This document shows positions 1 through 9,000 of a stretch of 25,363 nt of DNA, piece after piece (position 1 is the first letter of the stretch; each line of letters opens with the position of its first letter). The stretch lies in assembly GCA_949127655.1 (NCBI GenBank), contig CASBQB010000210.1, positions 1 to 25,363 of the forward strand, in the 5' to 3' direction. Made by a program: the position numbers and the translations under genes. This DNA is from Chroococcales cyanobacterium PMM_0086 (GTDB taxonomy: Bacteria; Cyanobacteriota; Cyanobacteriia; Cyanobacteriales; Microcystaceae). Below the pieces are notes generated by a model. The model was not told the DNA's origin, made no database searches, and saw only the letters and a list, made by a program, of their open reading frames with translations.

Positions 1-246
1 ATTATTATTCCGATAGTAGGTGGTTGTATGAACTTCCTTATGATGGTTGGAGTATTTTACTTTGGCTTTTCTTCAGGTGGTGATTCTGCTAAGAATGCTC
101 AAACAGCCATCGGTTTTTCAGTACTTTTCTTTGTAGTGGGGTTTGCTTATCTAATAGGTAATAGTCTCATGCGTGGTCGTCCAGTCTTTTTGCCTTCAGA
201 AATTTCTCACCCAATGCGGGATAATCCGACAGAAACTCGTCGTTAA
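1..246 (+). CDS. Membrane protein, C-terminal fragment (5' end lies outside the window). Frame 1 is open from nt 1: IIIPIVGGCMNFLMMVGVFYFGFSSGG...LIGNSLMRGRPVFLPSEISHPMRDNPTETRR*. Possibly a transporter regulated by the downstream PII paralogue.
   Basis: Open frame from the window edge to TAA at 244-246. Two hydrophobic helices followed by a charged tail. The ATG at 28 in the ORF track is internal. The family cannot be assigned from this fragment. Confidence 0.5.
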   Translation: MIIPIVGGCMNFLMMVGVFYFGFSSGGDSAKNAQTAIGFSVLFFVVGFAYLIGNSLMRGRPVFLPSEISHPMRDNPTETRR

Positions 247-273
247 CATTTATTTAACAAGGAAAATAACTCA

Positions 274-660
274 ATGAACTTAATTCTGGCAATTATTCAA
301 CCTAATAAATTAGATGAAGTAAAAAGTGCTTTGGTTGAGGTTGGTGTAGAGGGGATAACCGTGATAGGGGCCAAAGGTTTCGGCCGTCAAAAAGGTAAAC
401 CACTGGCTTTTTTAGGACTCTACAGCGTAGATGGTAAGGCTTTTACTGTGGACTTCCTCCCGAAAATTCAACTAGAAATAGTTGTTCCTGCCGAGATGAG
501 CGATATAGTTGTAGATGCAATTGTCAAAGCCGCTCACACAGGTAAAATAGGCGATGGAAAAGTCTTTGTTTTACCTGTGCTTAAAGCTGTTCGTATTCGG
601 ACTGGAGAAGTAGACGAAGAAGCACTGACTCCTGCAGATCTCCAAGCTGAAACAGTTTAA
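274..660 (+). CDS. PII (GlnB/GlnK) family signal-transduction protein, divergent paralogue with extended T-loop and C-terminal extension
   Basis: 128 aa. Conserved PII signatures are present: GFGRQKG at the T-loop base, FLPK, B-loop [10 protein letters not shown] and C-loop RIRTGE. Compared with canonical 112-aa GlnB, the T-loop is about 6 aa longer ([17 protein letters not shown]) and there is a roughly 10-aa C-terminal tail. Confidence 0.85.
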   Translation: MNLILAIIQPNKLDEVKSALVEVGVEGITVIGAKGFGRQKGKPLAFLGLYSVDGKAFTVDFLPKIQLEIVVPAEMSDIVVDAIVKAAHTGKIGDGKVFVLPVLKAVRIRTGEVDEEALTPADLQAETV

Positions 661-1574
661 GGCAATTCTACAGAGGTAGGTTTAGCAATGTGTGGTAGTC
701 CCCAGCCTAATTTCTCCCGGAGAATGCGGAAGAATTCGGGAGCTTTGAGACGGATAAAACGGGCAGTATAGGAGGAGAGTTCTGCTTGAATATGATCTTC
801 AGGCAGAACATAGCATCCTCCATTGCCATCAACTACCATAATCATTCTATTAGGGGTAGCAGGGTAGATGCGCACCTTTTGCTTGTCAGAAAAGACGAGG
901 GCGCGAGAAGCGAGAGAATGGGGACAGATAGGAGCTAATTGTAAAACTGGTACATCAGGAGTGACAACCGGTCCCCCTGCACTGAGAGAATAGGCGGTTG
1001 AACCTGTTGGGGTTGAGAGAATGACTCCATCAGCAGCAATGTCTACTGGTGCGTGTTGTCCGATCTGAATTTCAAAATGGCACATACTAGTCAGTGGTTC
1101 CCGATGCACCACCACTTCATTCAGGGAAAGAGCTTCCCAGAGAAGTTCATCTTGCCTGAACAGACGCACTGTTAACATTGAGCGTTCTTCAACCTGATAA
1201 TTGCCGCTTAAAAGCTCTTCTAAGGCTTGATATAGCCCATTAGCATAAGTTTCCGTCAGAAAGCCCATATGTCCTGTATTGACGGTTAAAGCGGGTATTC
1301 CTTGCGGTGCTAATTGCCGGAAAGCAGACAGAACTGTACCATCTCCCCCTAAGACAATAGCAAAGCTCAATCCCTCATCAAAATGAGGTGGAATCACTTG
1401 TTCAATGCGGGTGTGACAGACGGGACGGTCGGGCTGTGAGTAGCCAAGCATACCACCACTTCCTGTGGCCATATAGACCTCACAGCCCAGAGATTTCAGT
1501 TTTTCTTCTAACTCTTGGGCAATTCTACAAGCCATCGGTTTGATATCGTTGTAGATAATGCCGACTTTTGGCAC
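657..1574 (-). CDS. nadK: NAD(+) kinase
   Basis: 305 aa with the GGDGT(V)L motif ([11 protein letters not shown]) and the NTGHMGFL motif typical of NAD kinases. It appears to start with GTG. Its stop codon overlaps the stop of the convergent PII gene. Confidence 0.9.
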   Translation of the reverse strand: MPKVGIIYNDIKPMACRIAQELEEKLKSLGCEVYMATGSGGMLGYSQPDRPVCHTRIEQVIPPHFDEGLSFAIVLGGDGTVLSAFRQLAPQGIPALTVNTGHMGFLTETYANGLYQALEELLSGNYQVEERSMLTVRLFRQDELLWEALSLNEVVVHREPLTSMCHFEIQIGQHAPVDIAADGVILSTPTGSTAYSLSAGGPVVTPDVPVLQLAPICPHSLASRALVFSDKQKVRIYPATPNRMIMVVDGNGGCYVLPEDHIQAELSSYTARFIRLKAPEFFRILREKLGWGLPHIAKPTSVELP

Positions 1575-1585
1575 AATAATTGATC

Positions 1586-2566
1586 CTAGTTTTTATTCTT
1601 AAATGGGCTTCTTTTTTGCTTTTTCTTGTTTTTGTTTTTTTCGTAACCGATTTCTTTGAGTTTTTTCAGGATACGACTAAAATATTCATTTAGATAGGAT
1701 TCTAAAGTAGTATTATCTTGGGGATTAAGTCCAAATACTTGATAGACTTCCTCCATTGGAGCTTTTAAAGGCTTTCCACTAGCTATGACTTCCGTAAAGG
1801 CTAGACGATCTGCAATATTTACTGTCCATTTTAAAGAATAAGTCAAAGCGCGCACTAAACGCAACAAACCTATTGGCGCGCGTGAGATTTTTGCCTCTTG
1901 ATCGCTCAGTTTTTCACAAAGGCTAATTATTTCTTCGGCTTTCCAGGCCTTTTCCCCGACTACCGGAAAGCTTTTTCTGATTGTTTCGGGTACTTCTAGG
2001 GCCCGTATGGCAAATTTAGCAATATCTGAAGTATCCATATAAGCAGTAGGAGTGCTTTCACCAGTCATCCAAACGCCTTGGTTTTCTAAAATAGGTATGG
2101 CATATTGACTGATCAATCCCTGCATAAAACCACAGGGTTTTAATATGGTGTAGTCTAGGTCTGTCTCAGCTAGAAATTTCTCTGTGCAGTGCTTAATCTC
2201 CATCAAGGGTACGTTAGGGTAACTTTCCGCATTGAGTATCGAGAAAAATACATAACGTTTAATTCCTGCCTCATAAACAGCTTGAATTAAATTTACTTTA
2301 CCTTGCCAGTCTACCTCAAGAATACTCTTTGAGTCAGTCGCTCTAGCTGTTGCTACATCTATAACCGCTTCTATTCCCACCAAAGCTTCTCCAAGAGTAG
2401 ATGGACTACAAAAGTCTCCCTCTACTAACTCTGCTCCCCATTCCTTTAAAAAGGCTGCTTTTCGGGAATTTCGTACTAAACAACTTACCTGATAGCCTTG
2501 ATCTATGGCACATCGAGCCACTTGCCTTCCTAAGGTGCCCGTAGCACCGACTATCAATAATTTCAT
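1586..2566 (-). CDS. ycf39: Ycf39-type NAD(P)-binding NmrA-like protein (atypical SDR; photosystem II assembly / chlorophyll-delivery factor family)
   Basis: 326 aa. N-terminal Rossmann motif [11 protein letters not shown]. Strong resemblance to cyanobacterial Ycf39 ([52 protein letters not shown]). Lys-rich C-terminal tail. Lies 11 bp upstream of nadK on the same strand. Confidence 0.8.
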   Translation of the reverse strand: MKLLIVGATGTLGRQVARCAIDQGYQVSCLVRNSRKAAFLKEWGAELVEGDFCSPSTLGEALVGIEAVIDVATARATDSKSILEVDWQGKVNLIQAVYEAGIKRYVFFSILNAESYPNVPLMEIKHCTEKFLAETDLDYTILKPCGFMQGLISQYAIPILENQGVWMTGESTPTAYMDTSDIAKFAIRALEVPETIRKSFPVVGEKAWKAEEIISLCEKLSDQEAKISRAPIGLLRLVRALTYSLKWTVNIADRLAFTEVIASGKPLKAPMEEVYQVFGLNPQDNTTLESYLNEYFSRILKKLKEIGYEKNKNKKKQKRSPFKNKN

Positions 2567-2681
2567 TTAAGTTTCGTAACTTTTTTTAAACTTTCCTTAA
2601 AATACTATCATAATCTGTCTATGTTCCAAAAAAATCATCTCATTTTTAAAACTAGTTAATTTGTCCAAAAATCAAAAAGAA

Positions 2682-4616
2682 TCATTTCGGTTGACTATCT
2701 TTATCTTTATTGTCGGGTTGTTGGTTCCAGAGAATCATCGCTAAGAGTCCATCAACTAAGCCATTTCCTCCACCATTAGACCCAACTAAGATATCAGGAA
2801 TCAAACGAACTTGACGGTCACCAATAATCTGCATCAATTGCATAGCAGTATAACCCTGTGCGCCCAATGCTTCTACCCCGGCGCGATATGTTGCGGCTTT
2901 AGCTGTTCCCGTTGCTAGAATAGAATCAGCCTCTGCAGACGATTTCAATCTTGTTGATTGGGCTTCTCCTGTAGCTTGTTTAATCTGTGATTGAGCTTTT
3001 AAATCAGCTATGACGACATCTTGTTCAGATTTGACCATTTCTTGCTGAATATTAGCTAAAGCAGTCTGTCTAACCAGTTCTTGACGTTGGGTCTGGGCCA
3101 TCTGTTGCACGTCAAAGGTTTTGCGCTCCTCTTCAGCAATCTTGCGATCTGTTTGGGTACGCATTAACTCTGCCGGAGGTTCTATCTCTCCAATTAAAGT
3201 ATCTATTGCTTGCACATCATAACCCCGCAGGGCTGCTTTAATATATTCTGCAGCTTCTGCTTGTCTTTCACTCCTGGCCCAAAGAAAGTCTAGAACTGTA
3301 TAATCTTGGGCTGAGTTACGGAAATAATTACCTATGGTGGGTTCTAGAACGTGATCTACTAGGTTCTGCATTGAACCCACTCTTGAGATGACTTTAGGGG
3401 CATCTAACGCCCCTACATGGATGATTTGAGCTACTTCTAGGGGGAACCCAAAACCATCATTAGAGCGTACATTAAGTGGACCTAATTTAGCATCATAGTT
3501 ATGACTTTCTGTGCGACCTGACCAGTTAATTACTATGTTGGTTGTGGGTACTAATTCTATTTTCATAATCTTGGTATTAAGGGGGTGTTTCCCTGGATAG
3601 AGTGGTTCTGTCCAGACTCCCTTATGTCCAGGATGTACCAAGTCTCCATGTGTGAAAGAATCCCCGCTGACATCTTCATGGGGTTTTCCTACAAAAGAGA
3701 TCACTACTCCTACATAACCAATGGGAATTTCTGTCATCGGAAACTGTTCTACCTGGACAAACCAGGGGTTAAGATTCCAAGAACCTGATAAGAGAATCTG
3801 TTCTTGTAGTCCTCTTCTGCCTTTTGCTTGAATGAATTTCTCGCCATTTTGGAAGTTATCGTGTCCGGTCACCACAGATCCTGCTATTTCCCCTTCTTCT
3901 ATAGCTAGTCCATCCAGTGCAGTTATAATACCTACTTGTTCAGATTTAATCTGATAGATCTTTAATTTATTTGGTTCCATTCCCTCTTTTTGGGCATTGG
4001 CCAACGTAATGACTTTAAAAAGGGCTGTATTGATCCGATAACTGCCGGCTGTCAAAAAGCCCATCTGACGACCTTTTTCACCCCCTGCTTTGAGGAATTT
4101 ACGGGCATCTTGAAAGTTATCACAGATTACTATCTTGGCTAGTATTCTTTCAGGTGGGATCGAGCCTCCATCATTGGCTACAATGAGGGCAATCTCTCCT
4201 TGTGGTACGCTGATCAGTCCTTCTTTGCGCACACTATATTGCCAAGGCCAGTAGAACCAATGCCAGCCTGGTGCTAATGTATCTGCTTGATAACCAGCTT
4301 CGCCATTGAGAGCGATTAATCTTTCTGGTGGGAGTTTTTTCCCGATAAAAGAAACTTTTTTAACGACAATACCGACTTCTTTTTCGGAAATGATCACAAG
4401 TCCTGTTACTGTGCTAAAAGCAAAAATACCCCCAAAGATCACTACTGGTAAAACTAACCAGTTTATATCTGCCCTCAGAATAGTTTGTTCCTGTTTTACT
4501 GTAGGCTGTGTTGGTTTGCTCATTACTGGAGTAGCATTGACGCTAACAGATAATGATGCGGCAATGACTGTGCCTAGTGAGACTTCTTTTAAGGTTTTAA
4601 AAATTGGTTGAAACAT
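2682..4616 (-). CDS. Flotillin / SPFH (band 7) domain membrane protein
   Basis: 644 aa with an N-terminal signal/TM segment, an SPFH domain and a long C-terminal coiled-coil/flotillin region (EAQSTRLKSSAEADSILATGTAKAATYRAGVEALGAQGYTAMQLMQIIGD). Confidence 0.85.
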   Translation of the reverse strand: MFQPIFKTLKEVSLGTVIAASLSVSVNATPVMSKPTQPTVKQEQTILRADINWLVLPVVIFGGIFAFSTVTGLVIISEKEVGIVVKKVSFIGKKLPPERLIALNGEAGYQADTLAPGWHWFYWPWQYSVRKEGLISVPQGEIALIVANDGGSIPPERILAKIVICDNFQDARKFLKAGGEKGRQMGFLTAGSYRINTALFKVITLANAQKEGMEPNKLKIYQIKSEQVGIITALDGLAIEEGEIAGSVVTGHDNFQNGEKFIQAKGRRGLQEQILLSGSWNLNPWFVQVEQFPMTEIPIGYVGVVISFVGKPHEDVSGDSFTHGDLVHPGHKGVWTEPLYPGKHPLNTKIMKIELVPTTNIVINWSGRTESHNYDAKLGPLNVRSNDGFGFPLEVAQIIHVGALDAPKVISRVGSMQNLVDHVLEPTIGNYFRNSAQDYTVLDFLWARSERQAEAAEYIKAALRGYDVQAIDTLIGEIEPPAELMRTQTDRKIAEEERKTFDVQQMAQTQRQELVRQTALANIQQEMVKSEQDVVIADLKAQSQIKQATGEAQSTRLKSSAEADSILATGTAKAATYRAGVEALGAQGYTAMQLMQIIGDRQVRLIPDILVGSNGGGNGLVDGLLAMILWNQQPDNKDKDSQPK

Positions 4617-4642
4617 GATTTTTTAAAGCTAGATAAAGCAAG

Positions 4643-5398
4643 CTATTTCTGATAGTTACTATCTTGGGTATGCAGTAACTCATCCCAGAAAGTAAAGTAA
4701 AGTCCATAATGTGTATTGTACTTTTGGTGATGGATTAAGTGATGTTTAGCACCGATAAACCACTTAGTCAACCAGTTATAGCGAGAGGAACAGGGCAATA
4801 ATTCAAACCCCAAATGGTTAATAATTGACCAAAGAGTCATAGTCATTAATATACCCAGAAAGGTAATGTAATGTAATGGGATGACAAAGACTGTAACTAG
4901 TAGAAATATTGCTTGTATTATTGCTTCGGGAGGATCAAAAGCAAAAGATGTCCAGGGAGTCGGTTCGACGGAGCGGTGATGTCCACGATGTAACCACTTA
5001 AAAAGTTTGGGACGATGCAATAGTCGATGAATGAAGTAGAAGTAGGTATCTTGAAGAAGTAAAACCAAGATGAAGCTAACTACTAGATACCATAGTCCAT
5101 ACTGAGAGGTTTTAGTATAAATACGAGTGATACCTAGATCGTAACTTGACATGATTAACCCTCCACAAAAAGCAAAAATCCACCCAGAGAGAATGGATAG
5201 TTGAATATCCTTTAAAATAAATTTGCTTGAGTTTGACTTGAGAGTTACCCCTTTTTTGGTAAACAATTTACCGAAAACTGAGTAGAAAAGCACGTATACT
5301 CCTCCAACTATGAGGAAATAACGGGCTAGAATAAGTCCGAAGAAGGCTAACCAGTAAAAAGAGAAGGAATGGTCTGTCAATGCAAAATTTCCTAGCAA
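4643..5398 (-). CDS. Fatty acid hydroxylase superfamily (sterol-desaturase-like) integral membrane di-iron enzyme
   Basis: 251 aa, polytopic membrane protein with the histidine boxes HRLLHRPKLFKWLHRGHHRS and HHLIHHQKYNTHYGLYFTFWDELLHT. Apparent TTG start. Lies 26 bp upstream of the flotillin gene on the same strand. Confidence 0.75.
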   Translation of the reverse strand: MLGNFALTDHSFSFYWLAFFGLILARYFLIVGGVYVLFYSVFGKLFTKKGVTLKSNSSKFILKDIQLSILSGWIFAFCGGLIMSSYDLGITRIYTKTSQYGLWYLVVSFILVLLLQDTYFYFIHRLLHRPKLFKWLHRGHHRSVEPTPWTSFAFDPPEAIIQAIFLLVTVFVIPLHYITFLGILMTMTLWSIINHLGFELLPCSSRYNWLTKWFIGAKHHLIHHQKYNTHYGLYFTFWDELLHTQDSNYQK

Positions 5399-5603
5399 AG
5401 GTGATTACTCATACCATTGTCTACTACTGCCAGCCTAAAATTAAGATACTTTATCTAATCAGAGCTAGATAGTTTGATTGTATCGTTATGCTTGGGTGTT
5501 CAAAAATTCTGGTAATGCTAAGATTATTACTGTCTGTAGGCAAAACACTTATTGTACTAGTAAAAACTGTATAAGCACCAGATTTTGAGTAAGATAAGAG
5601 CAA

Positions 5604-7427
5604 ATGTCAATTAAAAAAACCTTCACTAGATCTATCATCCTCTGCATAGTGTCATTGACTTTGACTGTCTGCTTAACGACATCTGCACTAGGACAGATTC
5701 CCACGTTACCACAATTTAATAATGTCAATAAATTCTTTACTCGTTCTAACCGCTCTGGACAAATTGGCAATGTAGTATATGGAGCAGTTATGCTTGATGG
5801 TAGAGCGATTTTTTTTGTAGCTGTTCCTGCTGCCATTCAGGAAGAGAAAAAAGACAATCAAGTTTCTCTTTTGGACCAAAGAATTGAACGTATTGAGAAT
5901 AATCTCAGAGAAATCCTCAAAAGAGGTTTTGACCCTGAAACGCTCCAAGTAAGTCCTTCTGTTCTTAATGGTTCAACAGTAATTTTAGTATCTGATCAAA
6001 ACAAACTGAAACGACAAGTAGTCAGAACTATCACGCAAGCAGACGCTCAATTATATGCACAATCTATCGAAGAAATATTACCAGAAGTCCTGACAACCAT
6101 ACGTGATGCTTTATTAAACGCCTACAAAGAGCGACAACCAGAAAGTTTGAAAAGGCAAGCTATCTGGGCTGGTAAGCTATTCTTAGCTATAGCTATAGTT
6201 AGTTTTATTATCATCAGTTTACAGAAACTTTTAAAAGCTCGTCTCATCGAAGTTAAAAAACATATAACTAAATTAAATAACACCAAAAAACAACCAGTTT
6301 ATCTAAAGGCAACTGAGCAAGACAGACCAGGAATTATTATTACGTTAATTAATGGTTTTTTTGATTATTTAATTTTTGCTCCCCATTATTATTTTTCTCA
6401 AGAGAAAAATAAAGCTGGAGTTGATAAAAATTATCAGAGAAGTCTGAGTAATTTTATTGCGCAACCTGAGTATTTTTTAAATAATAAACAACTGGAAGCA
6501 ATTTTACAAAAACAGATTAAATTAGAGCTTCTCTTTAGAAATTTATTAATTTTTGGACAGTTCTTTCTCTGGCTACAATGGGTTAGCTTTACTTTGTTTT
6601 TATTCCCTTATACCAGAAGGCTTGGACTACAACTGGCTGGTACTCCTTTTTCTTTATTATTCATTTGGTTAGGGATAACAGTTGCCATTAAAATAACTGA
6701 CTTTCTGGTAGATTTGTTATTTATCTTTTGGGAAGAAGATCTATCTTTCATTCATGGGCTTTCTGAACGACAAACTTTACGTGTTCCTACCATTGCATCT
6801 GCTCTTAAAAGTGTTGTTGCTGTAATTTTAATAGGTATAGGAATTATTCTCTCTTTACAAACATTAAATATTCCCATTGTTCCAATACTAACTACAGCTA
6901 GCATTCTGGGTGTGGGGGTCTCTTTTGGTTCTCAGCACATGGTCAAAGATATCATTTCAGGGGTAATCAATTTAATCAATGATTCCTATGCGGTTGGTGA
7001 TAGAGTGATCATTGGAGCGGATGATGGACACGTAGAACATCTCAATTTGTTTGTTACTAAACTTCGGAATATTAATGGAGATCTAATCACTATTCCTAAT
7101 GGGTTAGTAGGGATAGTTAAAAATCAAACTAAAGACTGGTCAAGAGTAGATTTTCATGTTGAAGTAAACTATGAAACAGACGTGAAAAAAGCTTTAATAG
7201 TCTTACAAGAAGTAGCTGACTCTCTCTGTAGTGATCCCCAATGGCAAAAATTGATTCTAGAACCGCCAGATTTAAAAGGAATTGAAGCTCTATCTCATCA
7301 AGGGATCACCTTGAGAGTTTGCTTAAAAACTGTACCTGGTAAACAATGGTCGGTAGGACGTGAATTGAGATTACGTTTAAATGAAACATTTTCACAAGCA
7401 GGTATAGAAATTATGATGACTGAGTAA
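5604..7427 (+). CDS. Mechanosensitive ion channel, MscS family, with a large N-terminal periplasmic domain
   Basis: 607 aa. N-terminal signal peptide, several TM helices, and the MscS channel/beta-domain region (GSQHMVKDIISGVINLINDSYAVGDRVIIG...GHVEHLNLFVTKLRNINGDLITIPNG). Confidence 0.85.
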   Translation: MSIKKTFTRSIILCIVSLTLTVCLTTSALGQIPTLPQFNNVNKFFTRSNRSGQIGNVVYGAVMLDGRAIFFVAVPAAIQEEKKDNQVSLLDQRIERIENNLREILKRGFDPETLQVSPSVLNGSTVILVSDQNKLKRQVVRTITQADAQLYAQSIEEILPEVLTTIRDALLNAYKERQPESLKRQAIWAGKLFLAIAIVSFIIISLQKLLKARLIEVKKHITKLNNTKKQPVYLKATEQDRPGIIITLINGFFDYLIFAPHYYFSQEKNKAGVDKNYQRSLSNFIAQPEYFLNNKQLEAILQKQIKLELLFRNLLIFGQFFLWLQWVSFTLFLFPYTRRLGLQLAGTPFSLLFIWLGITVAIKITDFLVDLLFIFWEEDLSFIHGLSERQTLRVPTIASALKSVVAVILIGIGIILSLQTLNIPIVPILTTASILGVGVSFGSQHMVKDIISGVINLINDSYAVGDRVIIGADDGHVEHLNLFVTKLRNINGDLITIPNGLVGIVKNQTKDWSRVDFHVEVNYETDVKKALIVLQEVADSLCSDPQWQKLILEPPDLKGIEALSHQGITLRVCLKTVPGKQWSVGRELRLRLNETFSQAGIEIMMTE

Positions 7428-7489
7428 TCTGGGGGCAACATTTTGCAAATATGAATTAAATGATTAAGCAATATTTTTGCAATTTATTC

Positions 7490-7521
7490 TATAATTGTTA
7501 CCGGAAATAAATCTAAGGGAG
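7490..7521 (+). promoter_or_regulatory. Candidate sigma70-type -10 hexamer TATAAT (7490-7495) and Shine-Dalgarno AAGGGAG (7515-7521) upstream of the lectin gene
   Basis: Perfect TATAAT lies 37 nt upstream of the ATG at 7532. The SD lies 11 nt upstream. No convincing -35 at 17±1 bp spacing. An imperfect inverted repeat TTTGCAAATAT...ATATTTTTGCAA lies just upstream (7443-7483). Confidence 0.25.
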
Positions 7522-7531
7522 ATTTACCAGA

Positions 7532-7966
7532 ATGAACTTTACTAAATTATTCAGAAGTCCAGCTTTTATGGGTACATTGATAGCTGTTGGTGTAATAACC
7601 TTTACTCAGAGTGCCCAGGCTTGTAGGGACAAGTTTACTATAAGAGCCAATAATGGTGATCATGAATTTCAAAGAGGAAAAGAGTGGAATACCTGTTCTG
7701 GCTATACTTTGAAATTTCAACAAGATGGTAACTTAGTTCTATATAATAGAAGAAATAGATCTGTATGGAGTAGTAATACAGATGGGCATCCAAACGCAAG
7801 ATTTGTAGTTCAAAGAGATGGTAACTTAGTAATCTATGGTGGTCGCAATAGAGCTATATGGAGTAGTAATACAGATGGGCATCCAAACGCAGAATTTGTC
7901 ATTCAGGGAGATGGTAACCTAGTAGTGTATGGGGATCGCAATAGAGTCCTTTGGAGTTCTAGGTAA
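7532..7966 (+). CDS. Secreted bulb-type (B-type, GNA-like) mannose-binding lectin domain protein
   Basis: 144 aa. N-terminal signal peptide (MNFTKLFRSPAFMGTLIAVGVITFTQSAQA). Three copies of the bulb-lectin sugar-binding motif QxDxNxVxY (QQDGNLVLY, QRDGNLVIY, QGDGNLVVY), each followed by the conserved W (VWSS/IWSS/LWSS). Confidence 0.8.
   Translation: MNFTKLFRSPAFMGTLIAVGVITFTQSAQACRDKFTIRANNGDHEFQRGKEWNTCSGYTLKFQQDGNLVLYNRRNRSVWSSNTDGHPNARFVVQRDGNLVIYGGRNRAIWSSNTDGHPNAEFVIQGDGNLVVYGDRNRVLWSSR
7766..7951 (+). repeat. Intragenic 93-bp tandem direct repeat (2 units, about 85% identical by hand alignment) encoding lectin subdomains 2 and 3
   Basis: Units at 7766-7858 and 7859-7951. The first 33 nt (tggagtagtaatacagatgggcatccaaacgca) are identical in both units. 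The remainder differs at roughly 14 of 60 positions. The period of 93 nt equals 31 codons. Confidence 0.85.
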
Positions 7967-8096
7967 GATAGAAGGAAGGCTATTCTAACAGTGAATTTCT
8001 GCTCGTGGGCTTAAGCAGTTTGGAAAGATCCAAAATATCTGATACACTCGTTATCACTTCTGGATCTTATCTATCCCTGTTTGCTGAAAATAACTA

Positions 8097-8972
8097 ATGA
8101 ATAAAAATAAGCTTAAAATACCTAGTAGTTGGATACCTTACCTATTTTTAGCACCTGCTTTAATCCTGTTGATCTGGAGTGTTTTTATACCCGCTTTACA
8201 ATCTTTTTCTCTAAGTTTTACTCAATACAACTATAATCTAACAGAAACTCCTCGTTGGATAGGTTTACTCAACTTTCAAAAGATGCTTAATGATCAAATT
8301 TTTTGGAAAACTCTCGGTAATACCCTGCTTATTTTAATCGTAGTTGTGCCAGTTTTAGTATTTTTATCATTAGGTCTAGCTATTCTAATTAACAGAAAAC
8401 TAAGGGGTATTAATTGGTTTAGATTAGCCTATTACATCCCAGTAGTTATCTCAATGGTGGTAGCTGGTATTGCTTGGAAAGCACTGTATAGTCAGCAAGG
8501 AATATTCAATCAGTTTCTGGGACAACTGGGACTAAAAGGAGGTGTGGGTTGGTTAACTAGTCCTCATTGGGCAATTTGGAGTATAATGCTGGTTACTATC
8601 TGGAAAGGACTTGGTTATTATATGGTTATTTATTTAGCAGGTCTGCAATCTATCTCACCAGCATTATATGAAGCGGCCTCTCTAGATGGTTCAGATGGTC
8701 TCTTAAAACATTGGGATATTACTTTACCCTTGATGCGTCCTTATTTATTCTTAGTCGGGGTAATCTCGGCAATTTCTGCTACTAAAACTTTTGAGGAGGT
8801 CTATATCTTGACTCAAGGCGGACCCTATAATAGTTCTAAAACTGTTGTTTACTATATCTATGAAAAAGCTTTTCGGGAATTAGAGGTAAATTATGCCAGC
8901 ACAATGGGGTTAGTTCTATTCTTGATTATTTTAGTTTTATCTATTTTCAATCTTAAATTATCTAAGGCATAG
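8097..8972 (+). CDS. Carbohydrate-type ABC transporter permease (MalF/UgpA-like, binding-protein-dependent inner-membrane component)
   Basis: 291 aa, 6 TM helices, EAA-loop region (YEAASLDGSDGLLKHWDITLPLMRP) typical of sugar-family ABC permeases. Confidence 0.85.
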   Translation: MNKNKLKIPSSWIPYLFLAPALILLIWSVFIPALQSFSLSFTQYNYNLTETPRWIGLLNFQKMLNDQIFWKTLGNTLLILIVVVPVLVFLSLGLAILINRKLRGINWFRLAYYIPVVISMVVAGIAWKALYSQQGIFNQFLGQLGLKGGVGWLTSPHWAIWSIMLVTIWKGLGYYMVIYLAGLQSISPALYEAASLDGSDGLLKHWDITLPLMRPYLFLVGVISAISATKTFEEVYILTQGGPYNSSKTVVYYIYEKAFRELEVNYASTMGLVLFLIILVLSIFNLKLSKA

Positions 8973-9000
8973 GGAACATTGACGTATTTTGGTATATTGA

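Noticed and set aside
274-660. Considered calling the PII paralogue SbtB (bicarbonate-transporter regulator) because of the transporter-then-PII gene order
   Set aside because: The sequence is GlnB/GlnK-like (GFGRQKG, RIRTGE). It does not resemble the SbtB T-loop and lacks the C-terminal CGPxGC redox hairpin as I recall it. The upstream gene is truncated and cannot be identified as sbtA.
3585-4611. Plus-strand ORFs 3585-3788 and 4306-4611 inside the flotillin gene; also 5549-5836(-), 5706-5948(-), 10479-10664(-), 10653-10856(+), 18501-19613(-) and 23820-24044(+)
   Set aside because: All are short, lie antisense or out of frame within well-supported genes, and carry low-complexity sequence without motifs.
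7967-8096. Possible terminator or hairpins after the lectin gene (CTGCTCGTGGGCTTAAGCAG; AAGATCC…GGATCTT)
   Set aside because: The stems are short or interrupted, the loops are long, and no U-tract follows. This is not convincing as an intrinsic terminator.
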